Under the pieces are notes generated by a model. It did no database searches, was not told where the DNA came from, and saw only the letters and a program-made list of their open reading frames with translations. The position numbers were made by a program, and so were the translations under genes. A stretch of DNA of 64,000 nt, taken from NCBI GenBank assembly GCA_951406725.2, contig OX597829.1, positions 124,001-188,000 of the forward strand. The letters run 5' to 3'. Positions 40,802 through 56,174 of the stretch are shown piece after piece. The stretch's first letter is position 1, and every line of letters starts with the position of its first letter. The DNA is from Octopus vulgaris (lineage: Eukaryota).

Positions 40802-41643
40802 GCATATATGTACATATATATATATAAATAAATATATATATATATATATATATGCATACACGCAAACGTATATATATATATATACACGCACACACATCTT
40901 TACATGAAACGCCTTTATGCTTACACACATACAAACAAGGCCCTTGACACAGATACACACGCACACATACACAAATAGTTTAATGCTCGCACACAAACTA
41001 ATACATACACCTCGACACACCCACTTCATACCCTGGCTTCAAGTAACTAGCTAGTCTGATGTTTGTTTTCATTCCTTCAATATATAAATTCGTTTCGACT
41101 CTTTGAGTTCTGAAGACATTTCTGGCAAACTTAATTCTTCAACTAGTTTAGCACCAACACCTGGTCCTTGGGTGGTTTAGAGGAGTTCATTCGGCTACAA
41201 GTATTAGGGGTTAGATTCCCCATTTGAGGTCAACTTCCTCCTCCCCTCCTATAACCCTACAAACCAACGAAAGATCTGAAAAATAATGGCTTTACATATA
41301 TAAACACATACGTACGTATATATATATGTATATGTATCAGTGTCTGAGTGGATTTGTACGTCTGTCTACCTGTCTGTAGTATATGTATGTATGTATGTAT
41401 GTGTGTGTATGTATGTATGTATGTATGTATGTATGTATGTATGTATGTATGTATGTATGTATGTCTGTATGTATCTAACTAGCTAGCTATGTGTCTGTCT
41501 GTCTGATTGTCTGTCTATCTATCTGTCTATCTATCTATTCATCCATCACTGGCAATATTTAGTTCTAACGACTATATATATGCATGCGTTTGCATGAATG
41601 TGTTCGTATCTGGAAGTCTATATTTACGCACAAATGTTATAAA

Positions 41644-41683
<40 letters not shown>

Positions 41684-41684
<1 letters not shown>

Positions 41685-42485
41685 GAGATGTACCCAAAAG
41701 AAACCGGAATTTTAAAACATTATTTTATCCACTTAGCTTTACATGTTTATCCTTATCGCCGTCAAAGTTTTCTCTATTTGATGTAATGCATCGGTCCAGA
41801 AACGTTTTCCACCGTCCGAAGCAGTCTTAGAACTCTTGCAAAGTGATGTTTTTTAACGCCTTCATCGTTTTTTCCCTTCACCACTTCCACATCTGCAAAT
41901 TCCGTAGCACCAACTTTCCTCAATGGTGATGGCCTTCGAAAAAAATGTCCGATGTTGGTGTGTTTACGTACCAGTAACGTAGAGATTTGGTAAAAGAGAC
42001 TGATAGAATAAGTACTAGACTTACAAAGAATAAGTCCTGGGGTAAATTTCTTTGACTAAAACCCTTTAAGGCGGTGCTCCAATTGTTCTTTCAGTTCACG
42101 ACCGTCGTGACAGCCGATGTGTCAGGTGATGCCCGTGAGGGAGCTTGGCTTTTCCAACACCTTAGCCTCGCCATCGAGCGTGTTGACTCGCTTCAGCAGG
42201 TTCCGTTGAACCTTGAGGTGTACGACCTGTTGAAACATTTGGTGTTGCATTGATGTTTGTTTCTTTTCTTTATCCCCTTTTTTGCCTTTCTTTTAGTCAT
42301 GACAGCTTTTGATCTTCCGTGAGCAAGCGAGGCACAAATTTTGCTGCAACTCTTTTCATTCGCAATTCCCCGCTCAAAATTCGTTGGAAGTAGCTCCAGG
42401 ACACACCAGTCATATCAACGAGTTCGTCAATTCTTCGGTGACGGTCCTCCAAGATCAGTTCATGCATATTCTTGATGTCTTCATT
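41684..42485 (-). mobile_element. Mariner-type transposase relic with nested insertions
   Basis: ELILEDRHRRIDELVDMTGVSW..QRILSGELRMKRVAAKFVPRLLTEDQK at 42305-42480; C-terminal CFGRWK..LDRCITSNRENFDGD; TA|CGAGATGTACCCAAAAG terminus. Confidence 0.85.
42085..42210 (+). mobile_element. CRE-like LINE C-terminal fragment
   Basis: SGDAREGAWLFQHLSLAIER resembles the TGDxRExxxLxQRLSxAxQRGN C-terminus. Confidence 0.55.
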
Positions 42486-43214
42486 CTCCCCAAAACATTG
42501 CCTGAAAGCAGATGGTGGTGAGTTTACGTCCCCGTAACTTAGCGGTTCAGCAAAAGAGACCGATAGAATAAGTACTAGGCTTCCAAAAATAAGTCCTTGG
42601 GTCGATTTGCTCGACTAAAGGCGGTGCTCCAACATGGCTGCAGTCAAATGACTGAAACAAGTAAAAATGTAAAATAGTAGATTGTACTCGTTGGTTTTTA
42701 TGATGAGAGTTGCTCGGGGATTGAAGAAGCCGAAATAGAACAAAAACGTCATGAACAAGAATTATCCTTTCTCATTTTGCTACATTTTGCCAGTAGTTAT
42801 GAGGGGAAAGAACAAATCGATTACTTCCGCCCCAGTGTCCAACTGGTGCTTATTTCATCGACCTCCATTCTACTTTATTGCACTATTTAATAATTGTTTA
42901 TTTGGTCGGCCAGAGATTATAGAAGATACTTGCCCAAGATGCCACGCAGTGGGACTGAATCCGGAATCATGTGGTTGAGAAGCAAACTTCTTACCACACA
43001 GCCACTCCTGCGCCTATATAGACATACACCTACAAAGCAATGAAGCGCATTGTGACCAGCGGTGTATAACCACATCCTATAATCTCTCTCTCACTCTTCC
43101 TCCTTGACTCTCTCGTCGCTGACACGTGACGAAAGGCGATCTATCTTTCTTTCTTCCACTTCCTTCATAAAGACAAGACTTGCTTTTACCTGTCTCTTCT
43201 CATAACTCTGCTCA

Positions 43215-43583
43215 TCCTTGAAAGGATGAAAGGCAAAGTAGAGCTCGAAGGAATTTGAACTTAGAAAATAAAAAACCGGAAGAAATACGACTAAGCATTT
43301 TCTCCAGCGAATTTAATGGTTCCGTCAGCTTGCCGCTACTCAACATTTATAAAACCAATAATTTCTGTTTTATGCACAAGGCCTGAAACTTTGAGAGAAG
43401 AGGTTTAGTCAATTTCATCGATCCCTGTACAGGACTGGTACTTATTTCATCGACCTCGAAAGGATGAAAGGCAAAGTAAACATCGAAGGAATTTGAACTA
43501 AGAACTCAAAGAAAATGCTTAGCAGACGAATAGCCGCTAAGCATTTTGTCCGACGGGTTAACGATCCTACCAGTGTGCCTTTC

Positions 43584-43672
<89 letters not shown>

Positions 43673-43888
43673 CCTTTCTACGAAAGGTACAAGGCCTGAA
43701 ATTTGGGGGAGGGGACAATCGATTACGCTGACTCCAGTATGCAACTGGTACTTAATTTATCGATTCCGAAAGGATAAAAGGTAAAGTCGACCTCGGTGCA
43801 ATTTGAACTCAGAACGTATAAAGACGGACCAAATGCCGCAAAGCATTTTACCCGGCGCGTGTTAAAGATTCTGTAAGCTCACCCACCT
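43215..43888 (-). mobile_element. Three stacked older family B SINEs
   Basis: GAAAGGATGAAAGGCAAAGT..ATTTGAACT occurs three times. Confidence 0.8.
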
Positions 43889-43920
43889 TTTTGCAATAAC
43901 AGCAATAACCACTTCGACAG

Positions 43921-43936
43921 AATCATCATCACCATT

Positions 43937-44002
<66 letters not shown>

Positions 44003-44166
44003 GTCATCGTCATCATCATCACCACCATCATCATCATCATCACCACCACCACCACTACCATCATCATCATCATCATCATCATCACCATTATCATCATCAT
44101 CATCATCATCGTCATCGTCATCATCATCACCACCATCATCATCATCATCACCACCACCACCACTAC

Positions 44167-44198
<32 letters not shown>

Positions 44199-44243
44199 AC
44201 AACAACAACAACAACAACAACAATAATAACAACAACAACAGCA
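43921..44243. repeat. (CAT/CAC)n-(AAC)n array with an internal ~108-bp duplication
   Basis: Block CATCGTCATCGT..CACCACTACCAT occurs twice. Confidence 0.93.
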
Positions 44244-44875
44244 ACTATTGATATTAAAAATGTTCTTATTGATATACAATAGCAATATTACCGGTTTCTT
44301 CCCAAATGTTCTTAGCAAAGCCGACCGCCATTCGCCATCAGCCATCCGCCATCCATCCGCCCGCCAGAAGCTTAAGTTCTTAACTTTTAATGGTAAATAT
44401 TTTCTTGATACACGAAACGAAGCAAGTAGTGTTAAGTGTGTTGGCCATGAATACAATATATACAAATTCACAATGAGCCAGGCGCTCCTGATAAAAAAAA
44501 AACAGCAAAAGAAACGAGAAGCGCAATAAAATAACAATTGCGGAAACAATTATATAAAAAAACTAAGAACAAATTAAACACAACGCCTGAGTGTTGGCAT
44601 CTATGATTGTTAAACCAAGTATATTCATTCCTTTTAGATATGCTGGCCCCTAAAAACGATGATCTATTCTTGGAGTAGTGATTCCTCATTTAGCCATTTT
44701 ATATACCCGTCTTGTGGAAGTTAAAATAAAGATAAATGACATTTTGGCGCACAGCTGCATAAGCCAGGCCATATAATCTAACAACTTACAATGGATCAAC
44801 AATCTGTTATTATCTAAATACTTGTAAAGAAAGCACTATTTCTGAATGGACAATGTAAATATTTCAGATGCTTAC

Positions 44876-45639
44876 ATGTATGTATGTATGTATGTATGTG
44901 TGTATGAATGTATGTATGTATGTATGTATGTATGTATGTATGTATGTATGTATGTATGTATGTATGTATGTATGTATGTATGTGTGTGTGTGTATGTATG
45001 TATGTATGTATGTATGTATGTATGTATGTATGTGTGTATGTGTGTATGTATGTATGTATGTTTGTGTGTATGTATGTATGTATGTATGTATGTATGTTTG
45101 TATGTATGTATGTCTGTATGTATGTATGTATGTATGTATGTGTGTATGTATGTATGTATGTATGTATGTATGTATGTATGTATGTATGTGTGTATGTATG
45201 TATATGTATGCATGTTTGTGTGTATGTATGTATGTATGTATGTATGTATGTATGTATGTATGTATGTATGTATGTATGTATGTTTGTGTGTATGTATGTA
45301 TGTATGTATGTATGTTTGTATGTATGTATGTATGTATGTATGTGTGTATGTATGTATGTATGTATGTATGTATGTATGTATGTATGTATGTATGTATGTA
45401 TGTTTGTGTGTATGTATGTATGTATGTATGTATGTATGTTTGTATGTATGTATGTATGTATATATGTATGTATCTATGTGTGTGTATATGTATGTATGTA
45501 TGTATGTTGTATGTATGTATGTATGTTTGTGTGTATGTATGTAGGTATGTATGTATGTATGTATGTTTGTATGTATGTATGTATGTATGTATGTATGTTT
45601 GTATGTATGTATGTATATATGTATGTATCTATGTGTGTG

Positions 45640-45671
<32 letters not shown>

Positions 45672-46703
45672 TGTTTGTGTGTATGTATGTATGTATGTAT
45701 GTATGTATGTATGTATGTATGTATGTATGTATGTATGTATGTATGTATGTGTGTATGTATGTATGTATGTATGTATGTATGTATGTATGTATGTATGTAT
45801 GTATGTATGTATGTATGTATGTATGTATGTTTGTATGTATGTATGTATGTATGTATGTATGTATGTATGTATGTATGTATTTATGTATGTATGTATGTAT
45901 GTATGTATGTATGTATGTATGTATGTATGTATGTATGTATGTATGTATGTGTGTATGTATGTATGTATGTATGTATGTATGTATGTATGTATATGTGTAT
46001 GTATGTATGTATGTTTGTGTGTATGTATGTATGTTTGTATGTATGTTTGTATGTATGTATGTATGTATATATGTATGTATCTATGTGTGTGTATATGTAT
46101 GTATGTATGTATGTTGTATGTATGTATGTATGTTTGTGTGTATGTATGTATGTATATATGTATGTATCTATGTGTGTGTATATGTATGTATGTATGTATG
46201 TTGTATGTATGTATGTATGTTTGTGTGTATGTATGTATGTAGGTATGTATGTATGTATGTATGTTTGTATGTATGTATGTATGTATGTATGTATGTATGT
46301 ATGTATGTTTGTATGTATGTATGTATGTATGTATATATGTATGTATCTATGTGTGTGTATATGTATGTATGTATGTATGTATGTTTGTGTGTATGTATGC
46401 ATGTATGTATGTATGTATGTTTGTATGTATGTATGTATGTATGTATGTATGTATGTATGTATGTATGTATGTATGTATGTATGTGTGTATGTATGTATGT
46501 ATGTATGTATGTATGTTTGTGTATGTATGTATGTATGTATGTATGTATGTATGTATGTATGTATGTATGTATGTATGTATGTATGTATGTATGTATGTAT
46601 GTATGTATGTATGTATGTATGTATGTATGTATGTATGTATGTATGTATGTATGTATGTATGTATGTATGTATGTATGTATATATGTATGTATCTATGTGT
46701 GTG

Positions 46704-46735
<32 letters not shown>

Positions 46736-46833
46736 TGTATGTATGTATGTATGTATGTATGTATGTATGTATGTATGTATGTATGTATGTATGTATGTAT
46801 GTGTGTATGTGTGTATGTATGTATGTATGTATG

Positions 46834-46866
<33 letters not shown>

Positions 46867-47187
46867 GTGTGTGTATGCATGTATGTATGTATGTATGTTT
46901 GTATGTATGTATGTATGTATGTATGTATGTATGTATGTATGTATGTATGTTTGTGTGTATGTATGTATGTAGGTATGTATGTATGTATGTATGTATGTGT
47001 GTATGTGTGTATGTATGTATGTATGTCTGTATGTATGTATGTATGTATGTGTGTATGTATGTATGTATGTATGTATGTATGTATATATGTATGCATGTAT
47101 GTATGTATGTATGTATATATGTGTGTTTGTATGGGTGTATGTATGTATGTATGTATGTATGTATATATGTATGTATCTATGTGTGTG

Positions 47188-47218
<31 letters not shown>

Positions 47219-47715
47219 TTGTGTGTATGTATGTATGTATGTATGTATGTATGTATGTTTGTATGTATGTATGTATGTATGTGTGTATGTGTGTATGTAT
47301 GTATGTATGTATGTATATATGTATGTATGTATGTATGTATGCATGTGTGTGTGTATGCATGTATGTATGTATGTATGTTTGTATGTATGTATGTATGTAT
47401 GTATGTATGTATGTATGTATGTTTGTGTGTATGTATGTATGTAGGTATGTATGTATGTATGTATGTATGTGTGTATGTGTGTATGTATGTATGTATGTAT
47501 GTATGTATATATGTGTGTATGTATGTGTGTATGTATGTATGTATGTTTGTATGTATGTATGTATGTATGTGTGTATGTATGGGTGTATGTATGTATGTAT
47601 TTATGTATGTGTGTATGTATGTATGTATGAAAGTATGTGTGTGTGTGTATATATGTGTGTATGTGTGTATGTATGTATGTATTTATGTATGTGTGTGTAT
47701 GTATGCGTGTATTTA

Positions 47716-47748
<33 letters not shown>

Positions 47749-47921
47749 GTGTGTATGTATGTAAGTATGTATGTGTGTATGTATGCATGTATGTATGTAT
47801 GTGTGTATGTATGTAAGTATGTGTGTATGTATGTATGTCTGTGTGTATATATGCATGTACGTATGTATTTATGTATGTAATTATATATATATATATTTGT
47901 ATATATATACGTATGTAATTA

Positions 47922-47957
<36 letters not shown>

Positions 47958-47995
47958 TGTATGTATGTATGTATGTGTGTGTGCATGTATGTATG
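44876..47995. repeat. 3.1-kb (GTAT)n array with higher-order structure
   Basis: Direct reading; explains the 858-aa MYVC ORFs. Confidence 0.98.
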
Positions 47996-48411
47996 TTCTA
48001 AGTTCGCAAGTTCGTTTCCAGGCGTCGCAAATTGTTTCCTTGAGCAAAACACTTTATTTCACGTTGCTTCACTCCACTCAGCTGGCAAAAATGAATGGTA
48101 CTTCGATTTCAAAGGGCCAGCCTCGTTTCATCCTGTTTCACGCTGAATCTCCTTGAGAACTACGTAAAGGGTACGAGTTTCTGTGTAGTGCTCAGCCACT
48201 TGTATGTAAATTTCACGAGCTGTTTCTTTCGTTGATTGGATCAACTGGAACACTCAACGTCGAACGAATCGACCCCAGGACTTATTCTTTGTAAGCCTAG
48301 TACTTATTCTATCAGTCTCTTTTGTCGAACCGCTACGCTGTTCTCCCCCAAAAGTTCCTTTTCTATGTTTTGACGAACTACACCGACATCGGTTTCAAGC
48401 GACACACAAAT

Positions 48412-48468
<57 letters not shown>

Positions 48469-48945
48469 TACACACACACATAGAGTTTCCGTCATCAAAA
48501 TCCACTCACAAGGCTTTGGGGTCGGCCCGAGACTATTGAAGACACTTGACCAAGGTGCCACACAGTGCGACTGAACCCGGAATAATGTGGTTGGGAAGCA
48601 AGCTTCTTACCACACAGCTGCAAAAATTAAAGCTATAATTTTTGCAACTTTAATAAAATGTTTATAGTATGAAACAATTGTACTAAACTACTGATCCATT
48701 CTTGTTGCTTATTTTTTGGTTTTGGTATATATATATATATATATATATATCGTGGCACTCTGTCGGTTACGACGACGAGAGTTCTAGTTGATCCGATCAA
48801 AAGAATAGCCTGCTCGTGAAATTAACTTGCAAGCGGCTGAGCACTCCACAGAATCAGCGTGACACAAAGTGTGACAAGGCTGGCCCTTTGAATTACAGCT
48901 ACAACAGAAACAGGAAGAAAGAGTGAGAGAAAATGTTGGTGAAAG
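47996..48945. mobile_element. SINE cluster: CORE-like family (47996-48260 +, 48750-48945 -) and family A (48265-48618 -)
   Basis: CCTTGAGCAAAACACTT..CCACTCAGCTGGCAAAAATG; the two outer copies are mutually inverted. Confidence 0.75.
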
Positions 48946-49396
48946 AGTGCATAGCTAAGTAGTTGGATAGGTGAATCGTCTAGAAGAATGTATATATATA
49001 TATTCTTCTATACAATTCAACGATGCAGCTGTGCTCACGTTGTTCTCATCTCGGTTTTTCAACGGATCACCTATTCAACTACTAGCTATGCACAACGCAT
49101 CTTAACGTTGGTGATCAGATGAGAATCGGTCCTTTCAACGTGATGTCCTTGCCTTTGTAACGCGGAATAGATGAAACAGGCACAACTAAGGAAAGGGAAT
49201 ATTCTTTATGTTGCATGTGTCGTTTCTCTGTTTGTTTTTTTCGCTGTTCGAAAAAAAAGCTCGTTTCTATGTTTTTGATTTTGTTTTCGTTTCCCATTGT
49301 GTTCAACGTCTTTTTGATGTCATGTACACATATATGCATGTATATATACATATAGATGTAGGTATGTAAATATATGTATGTATATATGCATATATT

Positions 49397-49458
<62 letters not shown>

Positions 49459-49689
49459 ATACACACACACTCGCATACACAAACACACACACGCGCATAC
49501 TCACACACAAACACACGTGTATTTGATCCCCTGACTGAAGAATTTCTATCAGGAGATATCTTGTACAATTTTCTAACTCCTATTAGTAAATGAAACACAT
49601 GTAATGGGAAATAAATAATGCTAAAATTTTTTTGCGTTTTCTTGTTCAGATATGGTATATATCTACATGCTTAAATTTTCCTGTATGTC

Positions 49690-49722
<33 letters not shown>

Positions 49723-50092
49723 TTGTATATGTGTATTTGTGCGTGTGTGTGTGTGTTTGTTTGTGCCTGTGCGTGTATATAGCAACTAACAGAACGAAGA
49801 GGAATTTACCTGGTTGGAAAACTGCTCATCGTCGAGGCTGAGAAAGAATATACATATCTACACCACCTACATACCCACCCCCACACACCCTCACATCCAC
49901 ACACCCACACACATATGCATACACATACGTACACACACACAAAACGTACGCAGGCACGTATGCATGTGTGTATGTATATGTATGTATATGTGTGTGTCTG
50001 TGTCTGTGTGTTATTGGTAGTTAAGATATTTAGGTAGGTAAATATACATACATGTGTATGAGTGGTGTATGTGGTGCGTACCTTGCGCGCAC

Positions 50093-50145
<53 letters not shown>

Positions 50146-50861
50146 CGTGCATGTGTGAGTTTATGTCTCTGCTTTATGTATGTTGCTGTGTGTCTGTGTA
50201 CAGAAGCCGAGATTAATATAAAAGTACTATAAACACTAAGTAAACATGTACGAATTGAAATAAGATAACAAGTGAAAATGATATTGCTCAGAGAACAAAA
50301 AACCATTTCTAAATCTCAAGAAAATAATTTGAAAATCGTGCTTCGCGATAAATATAATATTTTCTTTTACTTATTCAGTTTTTTCTCTCTCTTTTTCTAT
50401 GCGTTTGTTTTTTTCTTCTTCCTACAATGTCTACCAAGATTACAAAAATATAAAAGAAACCAAGAGATGGAAGAATACTTACCATTTGTGCTTCCATTCC
50501 TTCTCTCGCTCCCGCTTCCTCTTGTAATTCTTTATTTTCATCATTACACCATTTCTTTCGTTCTTTAGTCCGCCCTTCATTCATAAGAATTTTATTTCTT
50601 TTTTAAACTATTTGTGTCCGTATTTTTCTGTTTCTTTGAATTTTATTATTATTATTTTTATTATAATACTTTTATTTCTTCTTTGTTTTTTTAAATATTT
50701 TTTCTAAATACTTTAGAAATTCTTCCATTTGTTGAGTAACAAAATGAAAAAAAAAACAACAGAAAACAAAGCAAAACCTCAAAACAATTCTTACACTTGT
50801 AAAACGGTTTAAAGCATAAGAAGAAACTAAATGCGATGGTTTCTCTTATTTTTTAAAATTA

Positions 50862-50900
<39 letters not shown>

Positions 50901-51967
50901 ACATTATTTTTTTTTGCGTTGGCTCATTTTTGATTTGTTCCGTATAAACTTCTTTCTTCTTAGCTCTTACACATTTGTTGAATATACAGTTCTAAAAACT
51001 TGGTGTTAATTAGCCCTGAGTCTAACATGATCGAGCAAACATGTGATTAAAGGCTTTTCAGGCGTGATCATCTCGACTTTTTAAGGGTTTATACTTCTGA
51101 CCAAAGGCATTACAGTCGTGACCGTCTCAACTTTTTAAGAGTATGCATGACTATATTATCCGATGCATTTCATCATGTTTAAGACTGTTGGATAAGATTT
51201 GAAAGAATTTTTATGGCCCGGTATATAAACTGTATATGTTGTTATTGTTTAGCCCTTGTTCAAAATCCTTCAAACCATTTCCATCCTGTCTGTTTTATAT
51301 TCTAAGGCGGTGGGTTCAATTTTCGGCGGATCTAGCAGATTTTCATTTTTAATCAAAAGAGAAAACAGTATCTATGATCATTCACAGTTCCTCCGAGACC
51401 AGAAGGAAAGACAAGGGCATCCTAAAAGCAGAAGTTTTGCTCGAATTCATGTAACGGATTGAATTCTGTAAAAAATTCAGTATGTCTAGCGGTGGAGTTA
51501 GACCAGGTGACGGGTTGTCTATCACCCAAATAAGCCTTAGCAGAATTTGAACTCAGAACGCGTATTATGGCATTTGCTGTCTGAAGAGTTAGGCCTGGGG
51601 ACAACAACCATCGCCTCAAACTATTTCAAATGAATTCTCTATATCCAAATTTGATTGGACAATGCTCTCTGCATTCTAACCCGAGTTTTCACGTTCTTCG
51701 ATCTTTCAGGTTCGAGCGATGTCCATGTAAATATTCGTGAGGAACTGTTGACCATTATTAGCAAGAAAAGTGAAATAAGAAAATGGTTTTATTGCAGCTT
51801 TTAACTTTCATCATTTACGTGTTTCAGTGATTAGACTGCGGCCATGCTGGGGTACCACCTTTAAGAATTTTTAGTCGAATGAATCGACACCAGTAGTTGT
51901 GTTTTTGTTTTTAAAGCCTGGTTCTTATTCTAATTTGCCGAAGCGCTAAGTTACACACATACACACA

Positions 51968-52005
<38 letters not shown>

Positions 52006-52466
52006 TACACACACACACACACTCACATACACACACATACAAACACACACACACATACACACACACATACACACACATACACACACACACATACACACAC
52101 ACACATAACACACACACACACACTCACATACACACACATATAAAACAGGTTTCTATCAGTTTCTGTCTACCAAATCCCATCACAAGGTGTTAGTCAACCC
52201 GATTTTATTCCAGAAGACACTTGTCCAAGGTTCCAGGCATTGATACTGAAACCACATATGTTTACAACTGATTTATCGTCATTCGAACTCAGTGCAAGTA
52301 CTACATTATTTTGTAATACATGCAACTATAGACTCAACGTGTATCATTATATCGATACAATCGAATGCTAACACATCAGGCTTAGGAGTCATATCAGACA
52401 GTGCGTACGCGTTGGCAAACTTGAAAGAGTAACCTCCAAGGTTAACATCTGAGGGAAATTGCTGTG

Positions 52467-52832
52467 ATACATACATACATACATACATACATACATACAT
52501 ACATACATACATACATACATACATACATACATACATGCATACATACATACACACACACATACATACATACATACACACACACATACATACATACATACAT
52601 ACATACATACACACACATACATACATACATACATACATACATACATACATACACACATACATACATACATACATACATACATACATACATACATACATAC
52701 ATACACACACATACATACATACACACACACACACATACATACATACATACATGCATACATACATACACACATACATACATACATACAAACATACACACAT
52801 ACATAATACATACATACATAAATACATACATG

Positions 52833-52864
<32 letters not shown>

Positions 52865-53520
52865 CATACATACATACATACATACGTACATATATACATA
52901 CATACATACTTACATACATACATACATACTTACATACATACATACACACATACATACATACATAAATAAATACATACATACATACATACATACATACATA
53001 CACACATACATACATACTTACATACACACATACATACATACATAAATACATACATACATACATACATACACACATACATACATATACATACATACATACA
53101 TACATACACACATACATATATACATACATACATACATACATAAATACATACATACATACATACATACATAAATACATACATGCATACATACATACACACA
53201 TACATACATACTTACATACACACATACATACATACATACATGCATACATACATACACACATACATACACATAAACATACATACATACATACATACATACA
53301 TACATACATACATACATACATACATACATACATACATACATACATACATACATACATACTACATACATACATACATACATACATACATACATACATACAT
53401 ACATACATACACATGCATACATACATACATACATACATGCATACATACATACATACATACATACATACATACATACATACATACATACATACATACATAC
53501 ATACATACATACTACATACA
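52467..53520. repeat. (ATAC)n array, ~1.05 kb
   Basis: Direct reading. Confidence 0.98.
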
Positions 53521-53534
53521 TATATACGTAGTAA

Positions 53535-53763
53535 GGCGGCGATCTGGCAGAAACGTTAGCACGCCGGGCGAAATGCTTAGCAGTATTTCGTCTGTCTTAA
53601 CGTTCTGAGTTCAAATTCGGCCGAGGTCGACTCTGCCTTTCATCCTTTCGGAGTCGATTAAATAAGTACCAGTTACGCACCGGGGTCGATGTAATCGACT
53701 TAATTCCTTTGTCTGTCCTTGTTTGTCCCCTCAATGTTTAGCCCCTTGTGGGCAATAAAGAAA
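53535..53763 (+). mobile_element. SINE family B
   Basis: Family match. Confidence 0.92.
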
Positions 53764-53879
53764 GAAGGTACATACGTACGTACATACATACATACATACA
53801 TACATACATACATACATACATACATACATACATACATACATACACACACACATACATGTGTGTGTGTGTATTTATAAAC

Positions 53880-54862
53880 ATAATATGCGGATTCCCAGGT
53901 CCCCCAGTAGGTGCAATTGTGGCGGTTAATTGAACCATATAATTTGAATGTGGCCTCATCACTCCACACAAACTTTGCTGGAAATTGCATCATCTACACT
54001 TCGTGTCAAGTACTACTCGCAATGCAGCACTCTTCTGACTGGATCATAGTCATTTATAGCACGGACTAATCTTGGAACTTCTCCATTTATAACACTCCAA
54101 AATGCGTTGGACAGACGAATTTGAAACACCCGCTGTTGAGCGAACGGTTTTCGTCCCAGAGCTCGCAAGATGGGAGAAGTCCGAAACGTTGTCCTTTGCT
54201 ATTCGTAAGACCCGCAGAAGAGAAAGCAGGTCAACCCCTGTCACTGAGAGCATCGACGGATGGATGAATGCGCATCCAGGCTCGGCGGTTGCGTAGGAAA
54301 TCGGGGACAAGAAACAGGAAGAAGGAGTGAGAGAAAGTTGGAACGAAAGAGTACAACAGGGGTCGCCCCCCCTCCCGGAGCATCGTGGAGCTTTAGGTGT
54401 TTTCGCTCAATAAACACACACAACGCCCGGTCTGGGAATCGAAACCGCGATCCTCCGACCGCGAGTCCGCTGCCCTAACGATTGGGCCATTGCGCCTCCA
54501 TTGAAAATACCTGCCTCACGACTCGCTCGCTGCACAGATTTTCTTGAACTTTGGTGAACAATTTCCAGCATTCCTTCTTGCTTTGTGGGGGGGGTTGTCA
54601 ATGTTCGTGGTCTTCCGGAACGCTTCTCGTGGACATAGCACTGGTGGTGGATCTGTTTGGAACTTCCTCCTAAACTGTCTTTGCACTTCAACTGCGTTTT
54701 CACACTTCCAGTAGCATTTTAGAATGAATTTCCTTTGTTCCAAACTTAGTCTGACTGCCATCATTAATTCCAATGGATTTAATCTGGAAACAAAAAGAAA
54801 AAGAAACATCAGTTGCGTGACCAGCTGCTAAAGTGTGTATATATTTTTGGGGTGGCTCCCTG
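53880..54862 (-). mobile_element. Tc1/mariner transposase relic (DUF4817-like HTH), split by a SINE
   Basis: [73 protein letters not shown]; TA|CAGGG terminus. Confidence 0.9.
54127..54499 (-). mobile_element. SINE family C nested in the transposase
   Basis: Reverse complement of 57513-57885; flanked by TTGAAA repeats. Confidence 0.92.
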
Positions 54863-55148
54863 TATATACATATATATCTGCACATACAAATACATACATT
54901 CATACATACATACACACACATGTGTTTATGTATACATTTTTGGGGTGACACCCTGTATATACATATATATCTGCACATACAAATAGATACATATATTCAT
55001 ACATACACACGCACCTGTATTTATGTATATATTTATTCATACACCCGCATATATATATTACAGATTTGTGCGTCGCAAATCTTAACTATAACCAGGTCCA
55101 AGTTATATCTTAGAAATAACGAAGGACTAAAAATGAAAATAAAATGAT

Positions 55149-55208
<60 letters not shown>

Positions 55209-55735
55209 AATAAATACATATAAAAATAAATCGAATACATCTGATTTAGCTGAACAAGAAACAGATATTTCATTGCTGTCTGTCTTAACGATAAATGATT
55301 GCTGCAAAAGTAAAAAAAAAATGAACCAATAATTTGAGTTATTTCCGGAGCACTTTCTAAATAAGATGGAAGAAAAAAACCAACGATAAAGGTAAAAATA
55401 AAAATATGAAAATAGAAATAACAAACAAACAAACGCCAGAAATATAAATAATCGGGAAAAGAATGCCGACATTAATAAGAACAGTAAGAGAAAACATAGA
55501 ATAGAATAAAACTCATCCTCAGCTTTTAATAATAACATAATCAAAACAGTTATAAATGTCAGATAAATGAAAGAACAAAGATATATGAATAAATAAACAC
55601 GTTTCTGATAATTCTGTATTGTAACAACAACAACAACAACAACAATTTTATTATTATCATTAATAATAATAATAATGGTAGTAATAAAAATTGTTCTTTA
55701 TTGGCCACAGGAGCCTAGCCCAAAACAAACAGAGA

Positions 55736-56116
55736 CAAGTAGCTTGCTTACCAACCACATGGTTCCGGGTTCAGTCCCACTGCGTGGCACCTTGGGCAAG
55801 TGTCTTCTACTATAGCCTCGGGCCGACCAAAGCCTTGTGAGCGGATTTGGTAGACGGAAACTGAAAGAAGCTCGTTGCATATATGTATGTGTGTGTGTGT
55901 TTGTGTTTGTCTGTGTTTGTCCCCTCAACATCGCTTGACAACCGATGCTGGTGTGTTTACGTCCCCGTAACTTAGTGGTTCGGAAAAAGCGACCGATAGA
56001 ATAAGTACTAGGCTTACAAAAGAATAAGTCCTGGGGGTCGATTTGCTCGAGTAAAAGGTGGTGCTCCAGCATGGCCGCAGTCAAATGACTGAAACAAGTA
56101 AAAGAGTAAAGAGAGT
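55736..56116 (+). mobile_element. SINE family A, slightly 5'-truncated
   Basis: Family match. Confidence 0.92.
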
Positions 56117-56174
56117 ATTACAAAACTGGAGACATGTGGGGTTTAACATAAAAATCAGTTACTCAAAACCCTTC

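Noticed and set aside
44846-48052. ORFs up to 858 aa (MYVC / HTYI repeats)
   Set aside because: Translations of (GTAT)n, which has no stop codons. The same applies at 4211-4974, 37531-38388 and 52306-53608.
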